From Escherichia coli (lineage in GTDB: Bacteria; Pseudomonadota; Gammaproteobacteria; Enterobacterales; Enterobacteriaceae), in NCBI RefSeq assembly GCF_013122565.1, contig NZ_CP053258.1: 64,000 nucleotides of DNA. One strand, 5' to 3'. Under the pieces are notes generated by a model that saw nothing but the letters and a program-made list of their open reading frames with translations, was not told the origin of the DNA and did no database searches. Of the stretch, positions 12,001-17,478 are shown piece by piece. Every line of letters starts with the position of its first letter. Position 1 is the first letter of the stretch. The position numbers were made by a program, and so were the translations under genes.

Positions 12001-15000
12001 AGCAGCGTTAATCACATCGTCGCCGGAAACGGTGTTAATGGAAATCGCCACCGCCGCCAGATCGACGGTGACTGGATGGGTGATAGTCGTAGTCGTTTCT
12101 GCAGTGTTAGTGCCGCTTACAATGATATTCACTGTACCCGCTGGCCAGTTGCCCACGTCTGCTGCCGGAACGCCAACGCTCCATGTGCCATCGGCTAATA
12201 CTGTCGCGCCATAGGTGACGTTATTGATCACCACCGTCAGCGCCGCGCCCGCCGCCAGCCCGCTGCTGCTACCAGTTATCACCAGTGCCTGACCGTGTTC
12301 GATGCTGTTAACCACATCATCGCCCGCCACGGTATCGACGCGCAGGCCTGGCAGGTTGGCGTCGATAGTAATATCTCGCGAACCGCTGCCGGTATTGCCA
12401 ACGCCGTTGGTCACTGAGGCGTTAACCGTCAAGTCGCCATTACCGATGGCCTGAATATCCGCCGCCGGAACGTCCACGCTCCAGCTTAGATTCCCCTGCA
12501 CGGTAGCGGTGTAGGTTTTCCCGCCAAGCGTCACGGTAACCGTATCGCCCGCCGCCGCGCCCGTCACCTGGCCGCTGATGGTCTGCGCTACGCCCGATTC
12601 GGCGGCGTTAATAATATCGTCGCTCGCCACCGGATTAATGGTGACGCCAGGCAGCGCGGTATTGACCTGCACGTTATGGCTGGCGGAATTGCTGTTGCCT
12701 GCGCGGTCGGTGACGTTCGCCGTCACCGTGTAGCTGGCTTCGCCCAGCGCACCTACTGCGGAAGCAGGCACTATGGTGCTCCAGTTGCCTGCAGCGTCCG
12801 TCGTCGCAGTGTAATTTTGCCCGTTCAGCGTCAGCGTAATTGTCGTGCCTGCTGGCTGATTACTGGTGCCGGAAATTTGCAGATCCGCGCCTTTTTCGGT
12901 GGCGTTAATCACGTCATCGGTGGCGATGGTGTTAATGCCAATGGTCGGCGCGGTCAGATTCACTGTAACTGTGCGGCTGGCATCATCGCTATTGCCTGCC
13001 GCGTCGGTAATGCTGACAGTGATGGTTTGCGGGCCGCTGCCAAGCGCGGTGACATCTGCCGCCGGAACGCCGACGCTCCAGTTGCCGGAGGCGTCCAGCG
13101 TTGTTGTATAGGTTTTACTGTTTAGCGTGACGGTGACGACATCCCCCGCTTCTCCGCCCGTGCTGGAGCCGGAAATCACCAGCGCCTGCCCGTGTTCGGC
13201 GGCGTTGATAATATCATCGCCCGCAATGGTGTTGATGGTGAGTACCGGAACGGTGAGATCCACCGCCAGATTATGCGTGGTGCTCGCCGGGTTGCCCGCT
13301 TTGTCATTGACCGTGGCGGTCAGGGTGTGGCTGCCATCCGTCAATGCCGCAAGATCTGCCGCCGGAATGTTAATACTCCAGCTACCATCGGCCTGTACCG
13401 TTGCCTGATACGTATGCACGGTCGGGCTATTGAGCGTTACCGTAACAATCTGCCCTGCTTCAGCGGTGGTGCTGCCGCTCACCGTCACACCCGCATCGGC
13501 TTCGCTGGCGTTGACGATATTGTCGCTGGCGACGGTATTGATAATGATGGTTGGCGCGCTGCTGTCGACGCTGTAGTTATGCACCGCCGAGGCGCTATTG
13601 CCGTTGATATTGCTGACGCTGGCCTGCGCGGAGGCGCTGCCCTCTGGTAATGCCGCTAAATCGGCGGCAGGTACGGTGGCAGTCCAGCTACCATCGCTCG
13701 CTACGCTGGCGGTGTAATTTTTCCCGCCAAAGGTAACGGTGACGGTTTGACCGGGTTCTACATTAGTGGTGGTGCCGGAAAGGGTTAAATCAGCGCCTTT
13801 TTCTGCGGCGTTAATCACATCATCCGTGGCGATGGTGTTGATGGTAATCGCCGCCGGCGTGAGATCGACCGTAACCGGATGCGTAATGCTCACCGGATTT
13901 TCGGCGCTACTTTCCCCTGAAACGACAATATTAACCGTCCCCGCAGGCCAGGCGCTAACCTGCGCCGCCGTGACGCCCACGCTCCAGCTACCATCGGCCT
14001 GCACCGCAGTGGTGTATTCCACATTATTAATCGTAACGGTAAGCGGCGTGCCTTCTGCCAGCCCCGAGCTGCTGCCGGTGACAACCAGCGCCTGCCCGTG
14101 TTCGATGATATTGACCACATCATCGCCCGCCACCGTATCGACCCGCAGGCCGGGCAGATTGGCGTCGATGGTGATATCCCGCGTGCCGCTGCCGGTGTTG
14201 CCGTTTTGATTGGTGACTGAGGCACTCACCGTTAAATCGCCATTGCCCAGCGCCTGAATATCTGCCGCCGGAACGCTCACGCTCCAGCTTAAATTATCCT
14301 GCACGGTGGTGGTGTAGGTATTACCGCCCAGCGTAACGGTTACCGCGTCGCCAACTGCGGCTCCAGTAACCTGCCCTATGATGGTTTGCGGTACGCCCGC
14401 TTCGGCGGCGTTAATAATATCGTCGGTTGCCACCGGATTAATGGTCACACCGGGCAGCGCACTGTCGACCAGCACGTTATGGCTGGCGGTGTTGCTGTTG
14501 CCGATACTACTGGTCACCGCCGCTGTTACCGTGTAGTTGGCCTGGCCCAGTGCGGTTACTGCCGATGCCGGAACGGTGACGCTCCAGTTGCCGGAGGCGT
14601 CGGTCGTGGTGGTGTAATTTTGCCCGTTTAGCGTTACGGTGATGGCGGTATTAACAGGCTGATCGCTGGTGCCGGTAATCTGGACATCGGCTCCTTTTTC
14701 GCTGGCGTTAATCACATCATCGCCCGCAATGCTGTTAATGCCGATAAGGGGCGCGGCGGTATTGACCGTGACGGTCAATGACTGGCTGCCCGTGTTTCCG
14801 GCTTTGTCGGTTACCGAGACGCTGACAGGATAACTGCCGTCCACCAGTCCGCTGACAACGGAAGCCGGAACACCCAGACTCCAGTTGCCGGAACCATCCA
14901 CCACCGTGGTGTAATCCACATTATTCAGCGTAACGGTGACGATATCGCCCGCCTGAGCGCCAGTAACCGTGCCGCTGATGATTTGCGCCTGGGTGTGTTC

Positions 15001-16500
15001 CGGCGTGTTGATGACGTTATCGGTCGCCACCGGATTAATGGTTACCACCGGCGGCGTGGCATCCACCAGCGCCACCCGTGAAACGCTGCTCGGGTTACCG
15101 GCGACATCGTTCACGCTGGCGGTGACCGTGGCGTTGCCGTCAGCCAGTGCGTCAACGTTGGCGGCGGGAACGGTCACGCTCCAGGTGCCGTCTGGCTGCA
15201 CGACGCCCTGATAGGTTTGCCCATTCAACGTAACGGTCACCGTCTGCCCCGGCTGGGCGTCAGTGGTGCCGGTGATGGGCAGATCCTGCCCGCTTTCGGC
15301 GGCGTTAATGATGTTATCGGCGGTCAGTGGATCGATGCTTAAGGCCGGGGCCAGGCTATCGACGGTAATGGTGCGGGAGGTGTTGCCGGTATTGCCGCTG
15401 AGATCCGTCACAGAAGCGGTAATCGCCACCGCGCCGTCAGGCAGATTTCCCATCGCGGCGGCAGGTACCGTCAGACTCCAGGAGCCATCGGCCTGCACGG
15501 TAGTGGTAAAACTCTGTCCAGCCAGGGTTACTGTGACGGTTTGTCCTGTCTCGGCCTGTTGAGTGCTACCGGTAAGGGTCAGTGGCGCACCTTTTTCTGC
15601 GCCACTGATAATGTCATCGCCAGAGACGGTGTTAATGGTGATCAACGGAGAAACACCGACCAGCGTGATTGCTCGAGACGCCGCGCCGGTATTTCCTGCA
15701 GCATCTGTCACGGTGACGAAAATCGTATTGGCACCGCGATCCAGCGTGCGGGTTACCGCTGGGTCCAGCGCCACATTCCAGCTGCCATCTGCCAGCACAA
15801 TGCCCGTCAGGACATGAGTGCCCAATTTCACCGTTACCGTATCGCCAGGAGAAGCACCGCTGACTTGTCCGGAGATGATCTGCGCGACGGCCTGCTCAGC
15901 ATTATTAAGAATATCGTCGCCCGCTACGGTATTAACACTGACCACGGGTGCTGAGGTATCTACCGTGAAATTGGCGCTGTGGCTGGTGCTGTTCCCTGCC
16001 CGATCGCTGACACTGGCATTGACAGCGTAATTACCCTCCGCCAGTGCCTGGACCTCCGTGGCAGGCAGCGTCACTTGCCAGGTTCCGTCGCTACCGACGG
16101 TTGCTGTATGGCCTTTCCCGTTTACGGTCAGTGTTACGGTTTGCCCCGCTTCTGCATTCGACGTGCCGCTCAGTACCAGCGCAGCGTTATGTTCCGCAGC
16201 ACTGATGATGTTGTCCTGAGCGATGGTGTTGATGGCAAGCGTTGGCGGTTGGGTATCGACCGTTAGCAGCTGCGCGCCGGTGACCGTATTGCCTGTGGCG
16301 TCTTTCCCACTGACCAGCACCGCCTGATTCCCTTCGCCTAACGCCTGTGCATCGGCGGTCGGTACTTGTACGCTCCAGGCACCGTTAGCGCCTACGCTGG
16401 TGGTGTAGGTTTTGCCGTTTAGCGTAACGGTGAGTTCTGTTCCCTGTGCCAAATGACTACTGGTGCCAGAAAGCGTAAACCCGGCGGCCTGTTCGCTGGC
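1..16500 (-). repeat. Tandem coding repeats, unit ~300 bp (~100 aa Ig-like domain), dozens of copies
   Basis: Plus-strand spurious ORFs in the track recur with ~300-bp spacing and related translations (e.g. starts at 155, 500, 794; 1742, 2042; 4136, 4442, 4733). The nucleotide sequence is visibly periodic and G+C-rich. Confidence 0.85.
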
Positions 16501-17376
16501 GTTAATAATGTTATCGCCTGCGGTGGTGGCAACCTGCACGCTGGCCTGACTATTGTCGATGGTTAACGTTATCGAACCGGCGTCAGTGATGGTACTGCCG
16601 ACAATTTGCACCACTGACCAGGTATGTTCACCTGCACTTTGCGTGGGTAACGAGACACTCCAGTGACCGTTGTTGTCTACCTGAGTACTGGCAATAGTAT
16701 TGCCGTTACTGTCTTTAATCTGAATAGTCGCCCCCGCCTGCCCGCTGCCGCTAAAGGTTGGCGTGGTGTCATCGGTGATGTCATTGGTGGCGAGAATGCC
16801 GCGCTGATCGCCCTGATTATCGGTAACTAAAAATGATGGAGTGGCAACACCCGGTTCAGGCACAGGCTCAGCGGGTGGCGTAGGGTTATTAATCACTTCC
16901 GTTTTCGAGTCGCCATCACCACCGCTTGCCAGCAGTGCACCAAGCGCGCCACCGCCTACCGCCGCCCCCGCCAGCCATCCCCACGGGAAGGCGCTGGTCT
17001 GAGCAACGGTATCAAGAAATGGCGCAATGCTTTCAATCGCAGTGGTCTGGGCAGTCAGTTCTACTGGGGCTAATCCACCCGCAGCAGTATCGGCAAAGGT
17101 GACATGGGTTAACTGTTGCCCATCGGCAAACACCAGTTCCGATTGTTCAGCCGTATTTGCCGCTTGCAGGAAATAACCGTTGCAGCGGATCACCGTGCCG
17201 TCCTGCATATAGATCAGCAGGTCATTTCCTTCACGGACGTAACGCGCAACGGCAGAGGCCTGAGCATGAACCTGCACCACGGAAGGCTCATAAATAACAA
17301 CCGTGACGTCGCCAGGATTAATCAGCGTTTGTTTGACGGATGTTTTACGCGAAATAACATCAATAATCAGGCTCAT
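1..17376 (-). CDS. Giant surface/secreted adhesin (BapA-like N-terminal domain + tandem bacterial Ig-like repeat domains), putative T1SS substrate; 5' end in window, 3' end beyond left edge (partial, >=5792 codons)
   Basis: Hand translation of the minus strand from ATG 17376..17374 (AGGAA Shine-Dalgarno ~8 nt upstream; in-frame TAA at 17409..17407) gives MSLIIDVISRKTSVKQTLINPGDVTVVIYEPSVVQVHAQASAVARYVREGNDLLIYMQDGTVIRCNGYFLQAANTAEQSELVFADGQQLTHVTFAD..., with no Sec-type signal peptide. Hand translation of 180..1 gives ...WTTLTVIGTSWSYADGRTLTDGTWNYTVRVVDLAGNVGQTATQNVVVDTTSPEVAKSITI, a typical Ig-like adhesin repeat. The ORF track reports no complete ORF in this minus frame between 1 and 17376, while all other frames are chopped into 60-280 aa pieces; this implies one uninterrupted frame with no stop before the edge. 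Confidence 0.85.
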   Translation of the reverse strand, partial: MSLIIDVISRKTSVKQTLINPGDVTVVIYEPSVVQVHAQASAVARYVREGNDLLIYMQDGTVIRCNGYFLQAANTAEQSELVFADGQQLTHVTFADTAAGGLAPVELTAQTTAIESIAPFLDTVAQTSAFPWGWLAGAAVGGGALGALLASGGDGDSKTEVINNPTPPAEPVPEPGVATPSFLVTDNQGDQRGILATNDITDDTTPTFSGSGQAGATIQIKDSNGNTIASTQVDNNGHWSVSLPTQSAGEHTWSVVQIVGSTITDAGSITLTIDNSQASVQVATTAGDNIINASEQAAGFTLSGTSSHLAQGTELTVTLNGKTYTTSVGANGAWSVQVPTADAQALGEGNQAVLVSGKDATGNTVTGAQLLTVDTQPPTLAINTIAQDNIISAAEHNAALVLSGTSNAEAGQTVTLTVNGKGHTATVGSDGTWQVTLPATEVQALAEGNYAVNASVSDRAGNSTSHSANFTVDTSAPVVSVNTVAGDDILNNAEQAVAQIISGQVSGASPGDTVTVKLGTHVLTGIVLADGSWNVALDPAVTRTLDRGANTIFVTVTDAAGNTGAASRAITLVGVSPLITINTVSGDDIISGAEKGAPLTLTGSTQQAETGQTVTVTLAGQSFTTTVQADGSWSLTVPAAAMGNLPDGAVAITASVTDLSGNTGNTSRTITVDSLAPALSIDPLTADNIINAAESGQDLPITGTTDAQPGQTVTVTLNGQTYQGVVQPDGTWSVTVPAANVDALADGNATVTASVNDVAGNPSSVSRVALVDATPPVVTINPVATDNVINTPEHTQAQIISGTVTGAQAGDIVTVTLNNVDYTTVVDGSGNWSLGVPASVVSGLVDGSYPVSVSVTDKAGNTGSQSLTVTVNTAAPLIGINSIAGDDVINASEKGADVQITGTSDQPVNTAITVTLNGQNYTTTTDASGNWSVTVPASAVTALGQANYTVTAAVTSSIGNSNTASHNVLVDSALPGVTINPVATDDIINAAEAGVPQTIIGQVTGAAVGDAVTVTLGGNTYTTTVQDNLSWSVSVPAADIQALGNGDLTVSASVTNQNGNTGSGTRDITIDANLPGLRVDTVAGDDVVNIIEHGQALVVTGSSSGLAEGTPLTVTINNVEYTTAVQADGSWSVGVTAAQVSAWPAGTVNIVVSGESSAENPVSITHPVTVDLTPAAITINTIATDDVINAAEKGADLTLSGTTTNVEPGQTVTVTFGGKNYTASVASDGSWTATVPAADLAALPEGSASAQASVSNINGNSASAVHNYSVDSSAPTIIINTVASDNIVNASEADAGVTVSGSTTAEAGQIVTVTLNSPTVHTYQATVQADGSWSINIPAADLAALTDGSHTLTATVNDKAGNPASTTHNLAVDLTVPVLTINTIAGDDIINAAEHGQALVISGSSTGGEAGDVVTVTLNSKTYTTTLDASGNWSVGVPAADVTALGSGPQTITVSITDAAGNSDDASRTVTVNLTAPTIGINTIATDDVINATEKGADLQISGTSNQPAGTTITLTLNGQNYTATTDAAGNWSTIVPASAVGALGEASYTVTANVTDRAGNSNSASHNVQVNTALPGVTINPVASDDIINAAESGVAQTISGQVTGAAAGDTVTVTLGGKTYTATVQGNLSWSVDVPAADIQAIGNGDLTVNASVTNGVGNTGSGSRDITIDANLPGLRVDTVAGDDVVNSIEHGQALVITGSSSGLAAGAALTVVINNVTYGATVLADGTWSVGVPAADVGNWPAGTVNIIVSGTNTAETTTTITHPVTVDLAAVAISINTVSGDDVINAAEKSADLTLSGSTSGVEAGQTVTVTFGGKTYTATVAGDGSWTTTVPAADLSALRDGDATVQASVSTINGNTASATHAYSVDATAPTLAINTIATDDILNAAEAGNPLTISGSSSAEAGQTVTVTLNGVTYSGTVLADGSWSVSVPTADLSNLTASQYTVSASVSDKAGNPASTTHGLAVDLTVPVLTINTVSGDDIINAAEHGQALVISGSSTGGEAGDVITVTLNSKTYTTTLDASGNWSVGVPLSDVTALGSGPHTITAAITDAAGNSDDASRTVTVNLTAPTIGINTIADDNVINATEKGADLQITGTSNQPAGTTITVTLNGQNYTATTDSNGNWSATVPASAVSALGEANYTVTANVTDTAGNSNSASHNVLVNSALPAVTINAVATDDIINAAESGNAQTISGQVTGAAQGDTVTVTLGGNTYTATVQSNLSWSVDVPAADIQALGNGDLTVNASVTNGVGNTGSGSRDITIDANLPGLRVDTVAGDDVINSIEHNQALVITGSSSGLTAGTALTVEINNVTYGATVLADGTWSLGVPAVDVSNWPAGTVNITVSGTNSAGTTSTITHPVTVDLAGVAITINTLSGDDVINAVEKGETLVVSGSTSGVESGQTVTVTFGGKNYTTTVEANGSWTVNVPPADLASLPDGAGNVQASVSNINGNNAQADRTYSVDATAPLVTINTIASDDILNVSEAGAGITISGTTTAQAGQTLTVTLNNNTYQTTVQADGTWSVNVPAADLSGLTASSYTVTATVSDKAGNPASADHALAVDVTAPDLTINTVAGDDIINAIEHGQALVVSGTSTGAEPGDVVTVTLNGKNYTTTLDASGNWSVGIPAADVTALATGSQTITASLSDRAGNSDSTTHNVTVDLSGPTLTISIVSGDDIINNAEKTQDLTISGGSSGLAAGTTVTVMLNGLAYSATTDGSGNWSVTVPASAVGALGEAVYSISASATDSAGNSGSTTHTVNVESLLPGVIINTVAGDDIINAAEIIVAQTISGQVTGTAVAGNTVIVTIGGNQYTATVQPDLSWSVSVPANVLQALGNGELTISASVTNSANNTGTATHDIVIDANLPGLRVDTVAGDDVINSIEHTQALVVTGSSSGLVAGAALTVVINGVTYGATVLADGTWSVGVSAADVGNWPAGTVNIAVSGTNTAGTTTSISHPVTVDLAAVAITINTLSTDDVINAAEKGSDLQLSGTTSGVEVGQTITVIFGGKSYTTTVATGGTWGLTIPAADLATLPDGAANVQASVSNVAGNIAQATHAYTVDATAPSVTINTIASDDILNANEADSALTISGTSTAEAGQTVTVTLNGVNYSGNVQADGSWSVSVPTGDLANLTASSYTVNASVSDKAGNPASATHNLTVDLVAPVVTINTVAGDDIINATEHGQAQIISGSATGATTGNTVSVTIGSNTYTTVLDANGNWSIGVPASVISALAQGDVTITATVTDSAGNSGTASHTVTVALGAPILSINTIAVDDIINATEKGADLAITGTSNQPAGTQITITLNGQNYTTTADASGNWSVTVPASRVSALGEATYTVTAAATDTDGNSGSASHNVQVNTALPGVTINVVASDDIINAAEAGAGQTISGQVTGAAAGDTVTVTLGGATYTATVQANLSWSVDVPAPALQALGNGELTISASVTNSVGNTGNGTREITIDANLPGLRVDTVAGDDVVNIIEHNQALVITGSSSDLAAGSNVTLTINGQTYVAAVLADGSWSVGVPAADVSAWPAGKVTITASGNTTAGNPVSVTHPVTVDLTAVAVSINAITVDDVINAAEKGAALTLSGSTSGVEAGQTVTVTFGGKTYSATVAANGSWSTSVPAADMAALRDGDASAQASVSNVNGNSATTTHAYSVDASAPTVTINTIAGDDILNAAEAGAALTITGSSTAEAGQTVTVTLNGTNYTGTVQTDGSWSVSVPPADLSALTASNYTVNAAVSDKAGNPASVNHNLTVDTSVPVVTINTVAGDDVINATEHTQAQIISGSATGAATGSTVTVTIGTNTFTTVLDASGNWSVGVPASVVSALANGTVTINASVTDAGGNSGSTTHQVTVNTGLPTITFNSISGDNVLNADEKGQPLTISGNSTGLATGAQVTVTLNGHNYSATTDAAGNWTLTVPVSDLAALGQANYTVSVSATSAAGNTASSQANLLVDSGLPGVTISTVAGDDIINAAEAGAGQTISGQVTGAAAGDTVTVTLGGATYTATVQANLSWSVDVPASALQALGNGELTISASVTNSVGNTGNGTREITIDANLPGLRIDTVAGDDVVNIIEHDQALVITGSSSDLAAGSNVTLTINGQTYVAAVLADSTWSVGIPAADVSAWPAGTVTITASGNTTAGNPVSVSHPFTVDLTAVAISINTVASDDVINAAEKGTDLIISGSTSGIESGQTVTVTFGGKTYTASVAANGSWSVTVPAADLATLPDGAANVQASVSSASGNSASATHAYSVDASAPTLTINTIASDDILNATEAGNPLTISGTSTAETGQAVTVTLNGATYTGTVQADGSWSISVPISALDALSASNYTVSATVNDKAGNPGSASHNLAVDTTAPVLTINTVAGDDIINDAEHAQALVISGTSTGGEAGDVVSVVLNGKTYTTTLDASGNWSVGVPAADVTALGSGAQTITASVSDRARNSDDASRTVTVSLSAPVISINTIAGDDVINATEKGSDLALSGTSDQPAGTAITVTLNGQNYSATTDASGNWSVTVPASAVSALGEATYSVTASVTNAQGNSSTASHNVQVNTALPGVTINPVATDDIINASEAGSAQTISGQVTGAAAGSTVTVELGGKTYTATVQADLSWYVSVPAADWQALGNGELTVNASVTNAVGNTGSGTRDITIDASLPGLRVDTVAGDDVVNIIEHSQAQVITGSSTGFAAGTALTVVINNQTYAATVLANGSWSVGVPATDVSNWPAGTLNITVSGANSAGTQTSITHPLTVDLTTVAISINAITPDDVINAAEKGAALTLSGSTSGVETGQTVTITFGGKTYTTTVAANGSWSTTVPAADMAALRDGDASAQVRVTNVNGNSATATHEYSVDSAAPTVTINTIASDNIINASEAAAGVTVSGTSTAQTGQTLTVTLNGTNYQTTVQADGSWSLTLPATDLTALANNGYTLTATVSDLAGNPGSASKGVTVDTTAPVISFNTVAGDDVINNVEHTQAQIISGTATGAVAGDRLVVTIAGQQYVTSTDASGNWSVGVPASVISGLADGTVTISATITDSAGNSSTQTHNVQVNTAAVSLSVSTISGDNLINAAEAGSALTLSGTGTNFAAGTVVTVLLNGKGYSATIQSNGSWSVNVPAADVAALADGTSYTVSASAQDSAGNSATASRSVAVDLTAPIISINTVSTDDRLNAAEQQQPLTLNGSTSAEVGQTVTVTFGGKTYTATVAANGTWALNVPAADLAALGQGAQTITASVNDRAGNPGQTTHALTVDTVAPTVTIATVAGDDIINNAEQLAGQTISGTTTAEVGQTVTVTFNGQTWTATVGSGGSWSVFIPAQQFAGLSDGSYTISATVADQAGNPGSASRGVTLNGDVPTITINTFAGDDVVNAAEHGSSLVISGTTTAPVGQTLTLTLNGKTYTTTVQTGGSWSYTLGSADVTALADGNAYVINASVSNAIGNNGSSNHTITVDLSAPAMGINIDSLQADTGLSASDFITSVSPVVVNGSLTAALASNETAQISIDGGVTWTTLTVTGTTWRYNDSRTLTDGNYLYQVRVIDAAGNVGATDSQNVVIDTTAPDPAVKTIAISAITTDTGLITNDFVTSDTTLAVSGTLGAALSAGEFAQISIDGGTTWQNLSVSGLTWSYLDGRTLTDGNYNYQVRVIDTAGNIGATASQIVTVDTTAPLASKTIAIAGISDDTGLSSSDFVTRDTTLTVRGTLGAALAADERAQISLDGGVTWTTLTVIGTSWSYADGRTLTDGTWNYTVRVVDLAGNVGQTATQNVVVDTTSPEVAKSITI
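2942..14200 (-). repeat. Higher-order super-repeat, period ~1794-1800 bp (six ~300-bp units), at least 6 tandem copies
   Basis: Equivalent track ORFs beginning MPPKVTVTVCP/MTVCP recur at about 2942, 4733, 6530, 8324, 10124, 11921 and 13721. Other families recur at the same spacing (5632 vs 7429; 5120 vs 6905; 11072 vs 12866). Confidence 0.8.
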
Positions 17377-17388
17377 AATGGCATTCCT

Positions 17389-17424
17389 GATAAATGGCGC
17401 ACATCCTTAGCGAGTCCATTTATC
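17389..17424 (-). promoter_or_regulatory. Perfect 9-bp inverted repeat (GATAAATGG-N18-CCATTTATC) in the OMP-adhesin spacer, abutting the adhesin Shine-Dalgarno
   Basis: Read directly from the sequence: arms at 17389..17397 and 17416..17424. Function is unknown (hairpin or dimeric-regulator site). Confidence 0.35.
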
Positions 17425-17478
17425 TAAATAAGACAAAGGTAATCACTTAACAACGGCCCACTATTAATAATGGCAGGA

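Noticed and set aside
3585-14225. Six minus-strand ORFs of about 60-110 aa inside the giant gene (3585..3773, 4455..4643, 6354..6539, 8418..8618, 11682..11891, 13890..14225)
   Set aside because: All are in frame 2 relative to the giant gene (frame 0) and recur at the super-repeat period. They are alternative-frame artefacts.
155-16266. Roughly one hundred plus-strand ORFs of 60-280 aa across the left 16 kb (e.g. 523..1158, 3697..4380, 8920..9756, 12676..13125)
   Set aside because: They are antisense or off-frame readings of the GC-rich repeat gene. They recur with the repeat period, are Ala/Arg/Gly/Val-rich as expected for a high-GC antisense frame, have no RBS pattern, and overlap one another in different frames. 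The minus-strand frame from 17376 gives a coherent protein.
1-16500. Possible CRISPR array, considered because of the highly regular repeats
   Set aside because: The repeat unit is about 300 bp with no short direct repeat/spacer alternation; the repeats are in-frame protein-coding Ig-like domains.
1-17376. RTX-type Gly/Asp nonapeptide (GGxGxD) calcium-binding repeats
   Set aside because: Not seen in the translated portions I examined. They would be expected near the C-terminus, which lies outside the window, so their absence here is uninformative.
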